A stretch of DNA of 61,968 bases, the filler included, from Alphaproteobacteria bacterium (lineage in GTDB: Bacteria > Pseudomonadota > Alphaproteobacteria > Caedimonadales > UBA9215): the NCBI GenBank assembly GCA_024280495.1. It is 5 parts of 5 records of this genome, joined end to end, with 100 filler letters (N's around TTAATTAATTAA, not from the genome) between each part and the next. Parts side by side here need not be neighbours in the genome. Positions count along the whole stretch, not along the records: positions 1 to 21,878 come from JAJRPZ010000015.1; 4 more parts are not named here. One strand, given 5' to 3'. Position 1 is the stretch's first letter, and the number at the start of each line of letters is the position of its first letter. Below, one piece after another: positions 10,587 through 21,278 of the stretch. The notes beneath the pieces were generated by a model. It ran no database searches and was not told the origin of the DNA. It was given only the letters and a program-made list of their open reading frames with translations. The position numbers were made by a program, and so were the translations under genes.

Positions 10587-11489
10587 TTAAGTCACACTGC
10601 GCGCCATAGCCAGTGTTTCCCTTAGCATTTTTGTCCCCTCTATCTGTTGATTCAAAAGTGCTTGTTGCAACAACCTCAATGTTGCAGCCTCAAGATTTGT
10701 CTGCATTTCATCAACACCAACAAGATCCGTATAAATTTGCTTATACTTGGCGATATCCCCTTTAGCTTTGGCTTCATTACCGTCAAGGGCGATCATTTGC
10801 TCATCAACTTCACGCTTAATGGAAGTAAGGCCCTTTGTGATATTTTGCATTTTACCTTGCAAAGAACCCAAGTCATCTATGGATATACTTTTTCCCTGTT
10901 TTAAAACATCAAATAGATCCTGAATTGCGGGCAAACCAGCGTGAAAGCCGTATTCTGTTTTGACACCTTCAATGGTAAAAGCATGATTGTTTGCTTCTCC
11001 CTGAAAATCACCAGTGGTAGGATCAATAGGATTTTTATCCCTTTGAGCCCCCCCCAACATACTTCCACCTCCAGAATTTCGTTGATTAGCGACGGAGACA
11101 AGTTCATCAAATTTTCGTTCACAATAGGCCCCAAAACCTTTATCTTGCATTCCTGCTTGTTGTGCAGACGTCATCGTTACGTGAATATCTTTGGCTATTT
11201 CAATAATTTTATCAATGAGCCTTGCAGCAGAATCAACACGATTTTTGACGATACCAATTTTTACTAGGCGTGTTTCAGCACCTAAAACCATTTCCTCAGC
11301 ATTGGCTATTTCTTTATAATTTTGCGCAATGCCTTTGTTCATCATGCCGCCAACTTTTACACCTTCAGCAAGGGCTTTTTCATTTTGAGATAAATTATTC
11401 TGTGTTTTTGACACTGCACTATTAAGTGTCATATTTCTTCCCATAAAAGACGTACTAGAACTGAGTGAATTTGAAATATTACTTACCAT
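10587..11489 (-). CDS. flgL: Divergent flagellar hook-associated protein FlgL (flagellin-family fold)
   Basis: Position after flgK. ELVSVANQRNSGGGSMLGGAQRDKNP and C-terminal DLVGVDEMQTNLE resemble flagellin/FlgL domains. Confidence 0.65.
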   Translation of the reverse strand: MVSNISNSLSSSTSFMGRNMTLNSAVSKTQNNLSQNEKALAEGVKVGGMMNKGIAQNYKEIANAEEMVLGAETRLVKIGIVKNRVDSAARLIDKIIEIAKDIHVTMTSAQQAGMQDKGFGAYCERKFDELVSVANQRNSGGGSMLGGAQRDKNPIDPTTGDFQGEANNHAFTIEGVKTEYGFHAGLPAIQDLFDVLKQGKSISIDDLGSLQGKMQNITKGLTSIKREVDEQMIALDGNEAKAKGDIAKYKQIYTDLVGVDEMQTNLEAATLRLLQQALLNQQIEGTKMLRETLAMARSVT

Positions 11490-11500
11490 CTTAATAACTC

Positions 11501-13264
11501 CTACAAACTATTCACAAGATTATCGAGCATTTTTCTTTGAGCTAGGTTCACTTGCGTTAAGGCATTAGACATTAATCCCCAATCCATTGAGGCTTGTATT
11601 TCTTCTTGTATGGAAATACCAGTTTCATTTTTGTGCTGTTCTTCTTTCTTCTGCAAGGCATTAGCATCCACCATAGAGGCTGCTTGAGCATTTCTTGCCT
11701 CCATGATTTCTGCTTGATAAATAGAGTTTGCATAGGTTGTTAATGCTTCACGTCGCCCTGATAAATTTCCAGATTTTTGAAATTCCAAACGATTTTCAAG
11801 ACCAAGCATCATTTTTGTAACAGCCGAATTGCCACCCACATATAAACCTATATCTCCTCCAACTGCAGCAGAAGTTGATAACTCTCCCCGTGAAAAAAGC
11901 TGAGGAGTCGCCTTTATATCAGGGCGAACGATCATGGTTTGTGCCATACCGACTTTCTCATTCTGTGATAAAATCAGATCATTCAATCCAAAAAAATGGG
12001 AAAACCCTTTTCCTGTTGTTTCATCCACAGACTCAGAAGCCCCTAAAGAAACAATAGAAATACCATGGACAGCATTCGTTGCTGTTATTTTCAAAGCTCC
12101 TTCAAGGGTGATTTCTGCCGTTGCATCAGCCCCAAAAGAAGTATTTAAAGCAATAACGACATCATCAATACTAGTGGCTGTTGTAAAATCGAAATCAAAG
12201 GGAGCACTTGCATAAACTCCTTGATTAGCAAGGGAGCGATCAATTAATCCGATGCGAACAAGACCACTCATTTTGATATCAGTTCCAGCCGTATCTAAAA
12301 AAATAGTGGTTCCTTCTAGAATTTGAGATGGTGGAAAACCACTACCTTGATTATGAATGGCGTTAAGATGTTCCTTGAGTTGAAAGGCGAACTCATCCAT
12401 ATCTTTTTGAAGATCGGGAAAAATGCCATCGCGAATTTTTAGATGTGCCCCAATTGATCCCCCATAAAGATCTTCTGTTAAGTTTTTGTTATCAACGGCT
12501 AATTTACCCAAATCAGCAGCATCGAGTGATGCACTAATAGCCGATGCTTCCGTAAATTCAACAAAAGTAGGCCCCGTTTGGAGCAGTAATGCTTTACCAC
12601 CTGCCGATTCAACTTGAACGGAGGCATCATTAGTGTTTCGAATAACCTGAATATTCAAATAACTAGAAAGTTCTTTTAAATATTTATCCTGCTCATCCAT
12701 GCTATAAGGACTTTCTGAATCTGAAGAACGAAGGGTTACATTGGTTTTATGAAGATTTTCAAGGATACGATTTACTTCACTTACACCATTGGCGATGCCA
12801 GCCTCAGCGAGTTCTCGCTCGCTCTGACAAAAATCACCAAACTGACTCACTCGTTCTAATACAGAAGAAAGTTTACCCACCACTGTTTTTTGATAGCTTG
12901 ACTCGCCTGGTGTTACCTCAAGAAGACCCAGAACATTTTTAAAGTCCGTTAATTTATATCCAAGGGAGCCTTGATCACCAGGTTGACCCAAGTGTTGTAA
13001 AATTCTATCATGGGCCAAACTTAAGGTTTCTGAAGTGTTCGCTGTTACCGTTTGTTCCCTTATATTTTCCGCAAGCAATACATTTTCCACACGCTGTGGC
13101 TTTTGCATACTCACACCCAAAAAACGTCCATCGGAAGAAATGTTACTTGTTGGCGTTACGATAACGCGGCTTGCATTAACATCATTAAGTCTGGCAATGT
13201 TGCGTTTAACATTATCCTGCCCTGCTTGCGCAACAGTAAGTCCTGATAAAATTGCATTTCCCAT
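11501..13264 (-). CDS. flgK: Flagellar hook-associated protein FlgK (divergent)
   Basis: LSGLTVAQ...NIA N-terminus, GGSIGAHLKIRD, LNAIHNQGSGFP, GFSHFFGLNDL, C-terminal TGISIQEE. Confidence 0.85.
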   Translation of the reverse strand: MGNAILSGLTVAQAGQDNVKRNIARLNDVNASRVIVTPTSNISSDGRFLGVSMQKPQRVENVLLAENIREQTVTANTSETLSLAHDRILQHLGQPGDQGSLGYKLTDFKNVLGLLEVTPGESSYQKTVVGKLSSVLERVSQFGDFCQSERELAEAGIANGVSEVNRILENLHKTNVTLRSSDSESPYSMDEQDKYLKELSSYLNIQVIRNTNDASVQVESAGGKALLLQTGPTFVEFTEASAISASLDAADLGKLAVDNKNLTEDLYGGSIGAHLKIRDGIFPDLQKDMDEFAFQLKEHLNAIHNQGSGFPPSQILEGTTIFLDTAGTDIKMSGLVRIGLIDRSLANQGVYASAPFDFDFTTATSIDDVVIALNTSFGADATAEITLEGALKITATNAVHGISIVSLGASESVDETTGKGFSHFFGLNDLILSQNEKVGMAQTMIVRPDIKATPQLFSRGELSTSAAVGGDIGLYVGGNSAVTKMMLGLENRLEFQKSGNLSGRREALTTYANSIYQAEIMEARNAQAASMVDANALQKKEEQHKNETGISIQEEIQASMDWGLMSNALTQVNLAQRKMLDNLVNSL

Positions 13265-13273
13265 TAAGTCACC

Positions 13274-13717
13274 TTAAAGGGCTTGATCTAATGTTGCCAT
13301 TGACCCGCCTCCCTGTTTCATATAATGCATGCGCTTTGAGGTAACATAACCTCTTTTGTTGTAATTATTTACTGGCTGCATGACATTCAATATTTTTTCT
13401 TGAATGGTCGTGATAAATCTTGTTTGAGAACGTTCAACACGTTTTAAACATGTTTCGTGCACTTTGTTTAAATTATCTAATGCTATTATTTTTTCTGAAA
13501 GTTCTGAAAAATGACTCCAAGATCTTAACATTTCTCGAATTTCTTCGTCGGTGCTAATTTTCTGAGCACAATCCTGATATAAAGAAACAAATGGCTCTTT
13601 TGTTTGCGTAATACGAGAAGCTGCCGACAGATCCATTTCAATCAATAAATCCATTTCCTGTTCCGTCAGTTCAATCAAACGATTAATCAATTTTAGGAGC
13701 TGTTGTGCAAACATCAT
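13274..13717 (-). CDS. FlgN-like flagellar export chaperone
   Basis: 147-aa helical protein between flgJ and flgK with C-terminal YNKRG, a typical FlgN position and tail. Confidence 0.6.
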   Translation of the reverse strand: MMFAQQLLKLINRLIELTEQEMDLLIEMDLSAASRITQTKEPFVSLYQDCAQKISTDEEIREMLRSWSHFSELSEKIIALDNLNKVHETCLKRVERSQTRFITTIQEKILNVMQPVNNYNKRGYVTSKRMHYMKQGGGSMATLDQAL

Positions 13718-14097
13718 TTGATTCCTTTCACTTCTCTTCTCATATTAGGCTTTGTTTCTAAGGCCATTAACTTATATGCTTTTGCTGCCTTAGAGGGGGG
13801 GAGTGTCTTAGTCTCTTTAAGGCCTGCCCCTCTTAACATTAAGTTTTCAATGTTTCTAACAAGGGGTTTTCCCATTGCTGACCTTGCTATCCCTCTTCCT
13901 AAACCTTTTGCAAGAAACATGCCAAACGCATTTTTAGCCTGGTTATTTTCTTCATCATGGGAACCTGCCTTCATGATAGATGATGCAAATTGACCAAAAT
14001 GCAAAGTTGCCATTTTTTCCGAAGCCATATGGATTTTCTGGCGCAGCAGGGCTTCCTTTGGTGATATGGCGATGTTTCCCGCTAAAGTCTGTCCCAT
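13714..14097 (-). CDS. Rod-binding (short FlgJ-like) protein
   Basis: 127 aa, coupled to the flgI stop, weak resemblance to the rod-binding domain. No muramidase domain. Confidence 0.55.
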   Translation of the reverse strand: MGQTLAGNIAISPKEALLRQKIHMASEKMATLHFGQFASSIMKAGSHDEENNQAKNAFGMFLAKGLGRGIARSAMGKPLVRNIENLMLRGAGLKETKTLPPSKAAKAYKLMALETKPNMRREVKGIK

Positions 14098-15230
14098 TAT
14101 TTCACCTCGAGTTCAGCTTGCAATGCACCTGCAGCTTTAATGTTTTGTAGAATCGTAATCATATCCCGAGGTGACACCCCAAGGGCATTCAGCCCATTAA
14201 CCAAACTTTGAAGGTTCACCCCTTCATTTAAAATAGTAAGTTTTCTATCCTCCCCCTCATCAATGGTGATTTCAGAGCGTTCGACTTTTTCTGTTTTACC
14301 TGTATTGGAAAAGGGATTGGGTTGTGAGACTTGTGGTGTTTCCACAATACGAATGGTGAGGTTTCCATGGCTGATAGCCACCGTTGAAATGCGAACATTT
14401 TGTCCCATGACGATAACGCCATTTTGTTCATCAATGATGATTTTTGCCGTTTGGTCTGGCGTAACTGTCAATTGCTCAATTTCAGTTATAAACAGCAAAG
14501 GAATTTTACGATGTTGTTTTGGCACTATTAAACGCACGGTGGCTGGATCAAGAGCTTGTGCCACGCCTTGGCCCATTTTTTTATTAATGGCGACGGCAAT
14601 GCGTTTTGCCGTTGTAAAATCAGGATTATGTAACGAGAGATTTAAAGTGAAATTATCTTTAAACTCAAATGCAACTTCTTTTTCAATAATAGCTCCGTTG
14701 GTGATTTTACCACTGGTGGGCACGCCTTTTGTAATGGAGGAGTTTGATTTCCCCTTGGCGGAAAAGGCGTTTGTGGCAACGGGGCCTTGGGATACCGCAT
14801 AGACGGCTCCATCGGCACCAACCAATGGTGTTACCAATAGTGTCCCCCCCAGTAAATCCTTTCGCGTTCCAATGGCAGAAACCGTCACATCAATTCTGGT
14901 GCCATGCCTTGAAAAGGGTGGTAAATCAGCAGTTACCATAACCGCCGCCACGTTTTTAGATTTTAAACTTGATTGCTGGTCACGAATGTTTACACCAAGG
15001 CGTTCCAAAAGGCCGATCATAGTTTCCTTGGAATAGGGAGACCCATTAAGATCATCTCCCGTCCCTTTAAGACCAACAACAATACCATAACCTATCAATT
15101 GGTTATCTCGAATACCTTCAACGGACACGATATCTTTGATGCGAACGGAGGCAGCATCTGCCTTTATGAAAAACACACTGGAGAGTACTAATACCAGCAA
15201 GTAAAGCTTTGACGTTATCTTTATTTTCAT
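14097..15230 (-). CDS. flgI: Flagellar P-ring protein FlgI
   Basis: RIKDIVSVEGIRDNQLIGYGIVVGLKGTGD, KNVAAVMVTA, IKAAGALQAELEV. Confidence 0.97.
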   Translation of the reverse strand: MKIKITSKLYLLVLVLSSVFFIKADAASVRIKDIVSVEGIRDNQLIGYGIVVGLKGTGDDLNGSPYSKETMIGLLERLGVNIRDQQSSLKSKNVAAVMVTADLPPFSRHGTRIDVTVSAIGTRKDLLGGTLLVTPLVGADGAVYAVSQGPVATNAFSAKGKSNSSITKGVPTSGKITNGAIIEKEVAFEFKDNFTLNLSLHNPDFTTAKRIAVAINKKMGQGVAQALDPATVRLIVPKQHRKIPLLFITEIEQLTVTPDQTAKIIIDEQNGVIVMGQNVRISTVAISHGNLTIRIVETPQVSQPNPFSNTGKTEKVERSEITIDEGEDRKLTILNEGVNLQSLVNGLNALGVSPRDMITILQNIKAAGALQAELEVK

Positions 15231-15292
15231 AAATTTTACCCTCTTAAAACCAATATTTTCAATGGTTCAAAATTATATATTATAAATCTCCA

Positions 15293-15308
15293 TGCAAAAA
15301 TCGCGCCA
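15293..15308 (-). promoter_or_regulatory. Sigma54 (RpoN) -24/-12 promoter of the flgI operon
   Basis: Minus strand TGGCGCG-ATTT-TTGCA matches TGGCACG-N4-TTGCW with correct GG-N10-GC spacing, about 60 nt upstream of the flgI ATG. Confidence 0.78.
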
Positions 15309-15430
15309 AGTTTATCGTAGACTTAAAATCAAAGAAATCGAAAAACATGACAACAAACTACTATTGTCAATAAATACTTTGTTAATACTTTTTAGGCACA
15401 TAATAGGATTAATTATTATGGAGTAAGTCG

Positions 15431-16312
15431 ATGTTTGCTTTATTATTATTGACATTTTTTTCTAATATTGTTAATTCCACCCAATATGATAATGATTTTC
15501 TTTATGAAGATGAATTCCCTTATCTTGACGCCACAAAATTTTCTTTATATGAAGATGATAGAGAGGGAGCAGAATGCATTTGTAATCACCTTAATGAAAT
15601 CAGAGATATACTTATAGAGGACACCCATAATATAAAGGGGCAAGGCCTAGAGGTTTGCCTTGGCGAAGTCATCATCTATGCCCTTAGTAATCCAACTAAG
15701 TGGTTAGGTAAAAATGAATCTAATAAAAAGAATAATTTAAGTTCTTATTTCAATGTAATTTTTACGAATGTTGATAGTACTGATTATTTAGACATGGAAA
15801 CCCTGGAAGATCATATTAATAGAGGCGTCTATGTTTTATTAAGAAGCAAAACTTGGAAAAAGAAAAAAAATAAGGAGAAAATGAGAAGAATAAGAAAAAG
15901 AGCAAAAAATTTATTTGGGGATCACCTCCAAGACATGTTCACGGATCAAATAACCCAAGTCATTTTCAGCTACCTAAAGAGAAGAACCCTTAGAAATGAT
16001 AATACTGATTTTATTTTTAAAATATTAAATAGAAAAAAAGAAAACCTATCAATTTTTGACTTAAATAAAAAACTATCACCGTGGAAAAGAAATATCCGAA
16101 ATTTCTTAGAAAAATATCAGGCCATAGAAGGTGAGGAACTTGATGATAATTTCATTGCTAAAAAAGCCATGCTACAATCCTTGTCCCATGTCCCACGTGC
16201 AAATAAATATAACAAGCGGAGATCTGCGGGACAAGTTCCCATGGTATTACGTCAACTTCAAAAAAGGGGAACAGATAAAGATATTCAACCATTCACTTTT
16301 TTAACAAATTGA
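15431..16312 (+). CDS. Secreted hypothetical protein with basic NLS-like tract
   Basis: 293-aa AT-rich ORF with GGAG RBS, short signal peptide and [17 protein letters not shown]. No family recognised. Confidence 0.7.
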   Translation: MFALLLLTFFSNIVNSTQYDNDFLYEDEFPYLDATKFSLYEDDREGAECICNHLNEIRDILIEDTHNIKGQGLEVCLGEVIIYALSNPTKWLGKNESNKKNNLSSYFNVIFTNVDSTDYLDMETLEDHINRGVYVLLRSKTWKKKKNKEKMRRIRKRAKNLFGDHLQDMFTDQITQVIFSYLKRRTLRNDNTDFIFKILNRKKENLSIFDLNKKLSPWKRNIRNFLEKYQAIEGEELDDNFIAKKAMLQSLSHVPRANKYNKRRSAGQVPMVLRQLQKRGTDKDIQPFTFLTN

Positions 16313-16632
16313 GATTTAAGACCCATGGACCCAACACCAGGAATCTTGCAATCAATATCGTGATCAGCATCCACAAGAGTGATGTTTTTCACCTTAGTTC
16401 CGACTTTAACAACTGAAGATGATCCTTTAACTTTTAGGTCCTTAATCACCGTAACCGTATCACCATCTTTTAATTCAACACCATTAAAATCACGCACAAC
16501 TTTCTCATCGGGGTCCGTATCAGCATGTTGCTCTACGGACCACTCGTGGGCGCATTCAGGACAAATCAACAGGGTAGAATCTTCATAAACATAGGATGAA
16601 TTGCACTTTGGACAGGCAGGTAAATCAGTCAT
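16285..16632 (-). CDS. phnA: PhnA/YjdM zinc-ribbon protein
   Basis: [12 protein letters not shown]...[33 protein letters not shown]. Confidence 0.93.
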   Translation of the reverse strand: MTDLPACPKCNSSYVYEDSTLLICPECAHEWSVEQHADTDPDEKVVRDFNGVELKDGDTVTVIKDLKVKGSSSVVKVGTKVKNITLVDADHDIDCKIPGVGSMGLKSQFVKKVNG

Positions 16633-16708
16633 TTATCTTCTTCCTTTGACTTGTTTTAATTTTTTTTAGTTGGTTAAGCCTCTATTTAAAAAAGGTTCCA
16701 AAACCCTT

Positions 16709-17863
16709 TCAAGAACCTTTAAAAGTCTTCCAAAAATCTTTGAGTTTCTTAGTAAATCCCTGGGAACTTGGGCTATTGTTATGCTCTTGGGCAATGGAGT
16801 TAAATTCTTTAATGAGGTCTTGTTGCTTTTGCGTCAAATTCACTGGGGTTTCAACATCCACAAGAATCATCAAATCGCCGCGTCTTGATTGACGCATGAT
16901 AGACATACCCTTTCCACGCAAACGAAATTTTTTACCAGACTGAGTTCCTTCAGGAATTTTAACCTTGGTTTTTCCACCTTCAATGGTAGGCACATCAACG
17001 TCGCCACCTAAAATAGCCGTGGCCATAGGAATAGTTACTTGAAAATTTAGATTTTCATTAATGCGATTAAAAATCTTGTGTGGCGTAAGGCTAATAAAGG
17101 CATAAAGATCTCCTGCAGGTGCACCATAAAGACCTGCTTCACCTTCACCAGTCAGACGAATACGTGTCCCATCCTCAACACCAGCAGGAACATTAACTTT
17201 GATTTTGCGTGGTTTTGTCACACGACCTTGGCCATGGCAAGTTCCACAAGGGTTTTTAATAACTTGCCCCGTTCCTTGACAGCCACCACAAGGGCGTTCC
17301 ATGGTGAAAAAACCTTGTTGGGTTCTTTGCACACCAGAACCATGACAGGTTCCACATGTTGTAGATCCTGATCCTTTTTTAGCACCAGATCCAGAACAGC
17401 TATCACAAGAAACACTTGAGCGAAGAGAAATGATTTTTTCAACGCCAGAAAAAGATTCTTCCAGGGACAGATCCATATCATAACGAAGGTCATTACCTCG
17501 CTGGGCACGGGATTGACCAGATCGTTGACCTCCCCCCATAAAATCACCAAACATTTCTTCGAAAACATCACCAAATCCAGCAGAACTCGCACCTGGGTGA
17601 AAACCACCACGACCAGAACCACCAAAGCCAGCGGAACCATCAAAAGCAGCATGGCCATATTGGTCATAAGCCGCACGTTTTTGAGGGTCTTTTAAGGTTT
17701 CATAAGCTTCATTCAATTCTTTGAATTTTTTTTCAGATTCTTTATCACCAGGATTTTGATCTGGATGATACTTCATGGCAAGCTTGCGGTAAGATTTTTT
17801 GAGATCAGCGTCAGAAGCACCCTTTGCAGAGCCTAAGACATCATAAAAGTCACGTTTCGACAT
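16709..17863 (-). CDS. dnaJ: Chaperone DnaJ
   Basis: J domain with HPD, G/F region and four CxxCxGxG repeats. Confidence 0.98.
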   Translation of the reverse strand: MSKRDFYDVLGSAKGASDADLKKSYRKLAMKYHPDQNPGDKESEKKFKELNEAYETLKDPQKRAAYDQYGHAAFDGSAGFGGSGRGGFHPGASSAGFGDVFEEMFGDFMGGGQRSGQSRAQRGNDLRYDMDLSLEESFSGVEKIISLRSSVSCDSCSGSGAKKGSGSTTCGTCHGSGVQRTQQGFFTMERPCGGCQGTGQVIKNPCGTCHGQGRVTKPRKIKVNVPAGVEDGTRIRLTGEGEAGLYGAPAGDLYAFISLTPHKIFNRINENLNFQVTIPMATAILGGDVDVPTIEGGKTKVKIPEGTQSGKKFRLRGKGMSIMRQSRRGDLMILVDVETPVNLTQKQQDLIKEFNSIAQEHNNSPSSQGFTKKLKDFWKTFKGS

Positions 17864-17900
17864 TTCTATTCCAAATTTATTCTATAGTTGATTAGCTATA

Positions 17901-17924
17901 AAGAAGGAGGGCTTTCGCCCTCCT
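17901..17924 (-). terminator. Hairpin/terminator between dnaK and dnaJ
   Basis: Minus strand reads AGGAGGGC-GAAA-GCCCTCCT followed by TCTTT. Confidence 0.75.
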
Positions 17925-17945
17925 GAAAAGACAGTCAAAAAAAGC

Positions 17946-19886
17946 CTAAGCTTTTTTCTCATCTTCATCTTTAACATCTTCGCAATCCGCATCCACGATG
18001 TCTGCGTCTTCCACATCATCTGTTTTTACAGTTTCATCGTCCGTTGATGCATCTGCATTAGCAGCTTCTGCTTCCTGGGCTTCTTTGTAAATAGCTTCTC
18101 CCAATTTCATGGAGGCTTGCATCAATGCATCTGATTTTTCTTTGATTTCCGCAGCATCTGCATTTTCTTTTTCTGAAACTTCTTTTACTGCTGCCATTGC
18201 TTCTTCGATGGCTTTTTTGTCATCTTTAGAAATTTTTTCGCCATGTTCAGACAATTGTTTCTCTGTGGAGTTAACCATAGCTTCCGCTTGATTTTTTGCC
18301 TCGATCAGTTCACGACGTTTTTTGTCTTCCTCAGCATTTTCCTCAGCATCTTTTACCATTTTGTCAATTTCTGCGTCATCGAGACCACCAGAAGCTTGGA
18401 TCTTGATTTGTTGCTCTTTACCCGTTGCTTTATCCTTAGCAGACACATGAACAATACCGTTTGCATCAATATCAAAAGTCACTTCGATTTGAGGCACTCC
18501 GCGGGGAGCTGGTGGCAAACCAACAAGATCAAATTGACCTAAAACTTTGTTATCCACAGCCATTTCACGTTCTCCTTGGAAAACACGAATGGTTACAGCG
18601 GACTGGTTATCATCGGCCGTTGAGAAAGTCTGACTTTTTTTAGCAGGAATTGTTGTGTTGCGATCGATCAAGCGTGTAAAAACACCGCCCAATGTTTCAA
18701 TGCCAAGGGACAATGGTGTTATATCAAGCAAAAGAACATCTTTTACGTCGCCTTGCAGGATACCACCTTGAATAGCAGCCCCCATGGCAACAACTTCATC
18801 AGGATTAACGCCACGACTTGGTTCTTTACCGAAAATTTCCTTTACTATTTCAGCAATCTTAGGCATGCGAGTCATACCACCAACCAAAATAACTTCATCA
18901 ATTTCAGACGCTTTAATACCTGAATCTTTGATGGCATCCTTACAAGGCTTAATGGTACGCTTGATTAAATCAGCAACAATGCTTTCTAATTTTGAACGAG
19001 ACAATGTCACATTCAAGTGTTTTGGACCAGAAGCATCAGCAGTAATAAAGGGCAAGTTAACTTCTGTTTGTTGAGCACTTGATAATTCAATCTTAGCTTT
19101 TTCTGCACCTTCTTTCAGGCGTTGTAAAGCCAAGTTATCATTGCGTAAATCAACGCCATGTTCCTTTTTAAATTCATCAGCCAGGTAATCAATGATATGA
19201 AGGTCAAAATCTTCACCACCAAGGAAAGTATCACCATTAGTGGACTTCACTTCAAAAACACCATCGCCAATTTCAAGAATGGAGACGTCAAAGGTTCCTC
19301 CACCGAGATCGTAAACAGCAATAGTACCCGTTTTGTTTTTATCCATACCATAAGCAAGGGCCGCAGCCGTTGGCTCGTTAATGATACGAAGAATTTCAAG
19401 GCCAGCAATTTTACCAGCGTCTTTTGTTGCTTGACGTTGCGCATCATTAAAATAGGCAGGTACCGTCACGACGGCTTGGGTCACTGTTGTTCCCAAATAG
19501 GCCTCAGCAGTTTCTTTCATCTTTTGCAAAATAAAAGCACTGATTTGACTTGGACTATAGTCTTCACCGCCAGTATTCACCCAAGCATCATTGCTTTTAG
19601 ATTTGATGATTTTATAGGGGACAAGGGAGATGTCTTTTTGCGTTGCGGGGTCATCAAAGGTCCGTCCAATCAGACGCTTGATGCCAAATAATGTATTTTC
19701 AGGGTTTGTTACGGCTTGACGTTTGGCCGATTGACCAACGAGTTTTTCACCTTCCTTTGTAAAAGCAACCATAGAAGGGGTCGTGCGTATACCTTCTGCA
19801 TTTTCGATAACTTTTGGTTCTTTTCCATCCATAACGGAAACACAAGAGTTTGTTGTTCCCAAATCGATACCAATAACTTTAGACAT
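17946..19886 (-). CDS. dnaK: Chaperone DnaK (Hsp70)
   Basis: [30 protein letters not shown]. Start placed at ATG 19886 (ATG 19892 is an alternative). Confidence 0.99.
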   Translation of the reverse strand: MSKVIGIDLGTTNSCVSVMDGKEPKVIENAEGIRTTPSMVAFTKEGEKLVGQSAKRQAVTNPENTLFGIKRLIGRTFDDPATQKDISLVPYKIIKSKSNDAWVNTGGEDYSPSQISAFILQKMKETAEAYLGTTVTQAVVTVPAYFNDAQRQATKDAGKIAGLEILRIINEPTAAALAYGMDKNKTGTIAVYDLGGGTFDVSILEIGDGVFEVKSTNGDTFLGGEDFDLHIIDYLADEFKKEHGVDLRNDNLALQRLKEGAEKAKIELSSAQQTEVNLPFITADASGPKHLNVTLSRSKLESIVADLIKRTIKPCKDAIKDSGIKASEIDEVILVGGMTRMPKIAEIVKEIFGKEPSRGVNPDEVVAMGAAIQGGILQGDVKDVLLLDITPLSLGIETLGGVFTRLIDRNTTIPAKKSQTFSTADDNQSAVTIRVFQGEREMAVDNKVLGQFDLVGLPPAPRGVPQIEVTFDIDANGIVHVSAKDKATGKEQQIKIQASGGLDDAEIDKMVKDAEENAEEDKKRRELIEAKNQAEAMVNSTEKQLSEHGEKISKDDKKAIEEAMAAVKEVSEKENADAAEIKEKSDALMQASMKLGEAIYKEAQEAEAANADASTDDETVKTDDVEDADIVDADCEDVKDEDEKKA

Positions 19887-20087
19887 AAGCATATTCCTTT
19901 TTTGCAAATTTCAAAAACCCATCTTTATTAATGGCATTTTTAAATCCCATGTTCATCCTCTTTAAAAAGCCTTATAAAACAAGCACCTTTTTTCAAAGAA
20001 CATTCTTTAGAGATATATAGATTAACCACATTCTCTTCTTTCATTATGACATTTTTTTTTCATTTTGCAAGTTTTTCAAAAAAATAT

Positions 20088-20507
20088 GGCTCTTCTGCGT
20101 TTTTAGTGGGGTAGGAATGAGTCGCCATAAGGGTTAGAGTACCCCATAGAAATCAAAAGTCCGCAGAAATATGCCTTAAAGCTTACTCATATCTTTAATA
20201 CAAAATGTAATCAAAAGATGGCACAGAACAAGCTGAATAGATGGAGTCAAAGTGTGGAAAACAGTACGGTTGCATGCTTCTCAACATTCATTAGAACTCT
20301 TAAAAGTACAAACCTTGCATTTTGGACTATTTCAAAGATCGTAAGAACAGTGGATTTGTTGAGGGTCTTAATAATAATATCAAAATCCTCACCAGACGAT
20401 GCTATGGGATTTTCAATCCAGCCTCTACTTTTCAACGCATGCAATTAGACCTGAAAGGATTTGAAATGTTCGCTTGAACCGTCAATAACTAGAAACGCAG
20501 AAGAGCC
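20088..20507 (+). mobile_element. Internally deleted ISL3-family element (420 bp, MITE-like) with frameshifted transposase C-terminus
   Basis: Terminal IRs GGCTCTTCTGCGTTT(T/C)TAGT, 19/20 match (20088-20107 and 20488-20507). The interior encodes LTHIFN...CFSTFIRTL and, after a frameshift, LDYFKDRKNSGFVEGLNNNIKILTRRCYG...FQRMQLDLKG, the ISL3 DDE motif. Stop at 20477. Confidence 0.88.
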
Positions 20508-20528
20508 GAAGTATTTTACGAGGACCAG

Positions 20529-20580
20529 CAATACCACACTTAAATGAAATTATTTAAACTTTCATCTAAGTGTGGTATTG
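20529..20580. repeat. 21-bp inverted repeat at the IS630 left end
   Basis: CAATACCACACTTAAATGAAA / TTTCATCTAAGTGTGGTATTG, 20/21 match, 10-nt spacer. Confidence 0.85.
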
Positions 20581-21268
20581 TCGGAGGTATGAAGAATTTT
20601 TTAAGCTCCACTGAGCGCGGCACTCTAAAGTCCATGCACCGTAAAGAACCAAATCGTCGTGTTGCCGATCGCTTTAAAGCCATTTTACTTTCTGATAAGG
20701 GTCGGACATACCGTCGAGTTGCTGAAGCTGATTCTGTTCGCCAAAAAGTCTTTATAGAATTCTACGAAGACCTTCTCACGACAACTCCCGAAGATGAGTT
20801 TATCTTATTTGGAGATGGGGCTCATCCAACCATGGCAACAAAAATCGTCTATGGATGGATTAAAACAAGTTATGAAAAACCAATTAAAACAACGGATTTG
20901 ATGACGAGAGTGAACCTAATGGGGCCTTTGAATTTAGAATCTATGGGTGTTACTATCGGTCAGCACGAGACTATTGATAGCGCTGCCATGAAAAAGTTTT
21001 TTGATCAGCTAAAAATTGACTACCCGAGTCCAACAACAATACATTTAATTCTTGATCAAGGGCTTTATAATAAAAGCATTGCAACGAAGAAATCTGTAAA
21101 AGAACGAGGGATTAAGATCCATTACCCTCCACTTTACAGTCCTAATTTAAACCCCATTGAAAGATTATGAAATGTGACAAATGAATGCTGTCTAAATAAT
21201 CAATTTTCTACATCGACAAAGCAGTCTCGACAAGTAATATGGGATTAACGATAATCTCCAGGACCTAA
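20531..21268 (+). pseudogene. IS630-family transposase pseudogene (internal deletion, premature stop)
   Basis: ATG 20589 with GGAGG RBS. ADRFKAILL is fused directly to EAD..Q..FI, so the HTH region is deleted. FGDGAHPT, IHLILDQG and YSPNLNPIERL* (TGA 21168-21170 replaces Trp) are present, with a residual INDNLQ tail. Confidence 0.88.
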
Positions 21269-21278
21269 GAGTATTTTT

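Noticed and set aside
19158..19691. Long antisense ORFs (also 14263-14802, 23304-23936, 41216-41695, 52661-53302)
   Set aside because: They are shadows of conserved genes (dnaK, flgI, acyl-CoA dehydrogenase, ftsZ, bamA), with no motifs or RBS of their own.
19890..20087. CIRCE element or clear RpoH promoter for dnaK
   Set aside because: No TTAGCACTC-N9-GAGTGCTAA is present, and only a partial CTATAT -10-like match lacking a good CTTG -35.
20218..20448. 76-aa ORF as an independent gene
   Set aside because: It is the out-of-frame part of the ISL3 transposase remnant.
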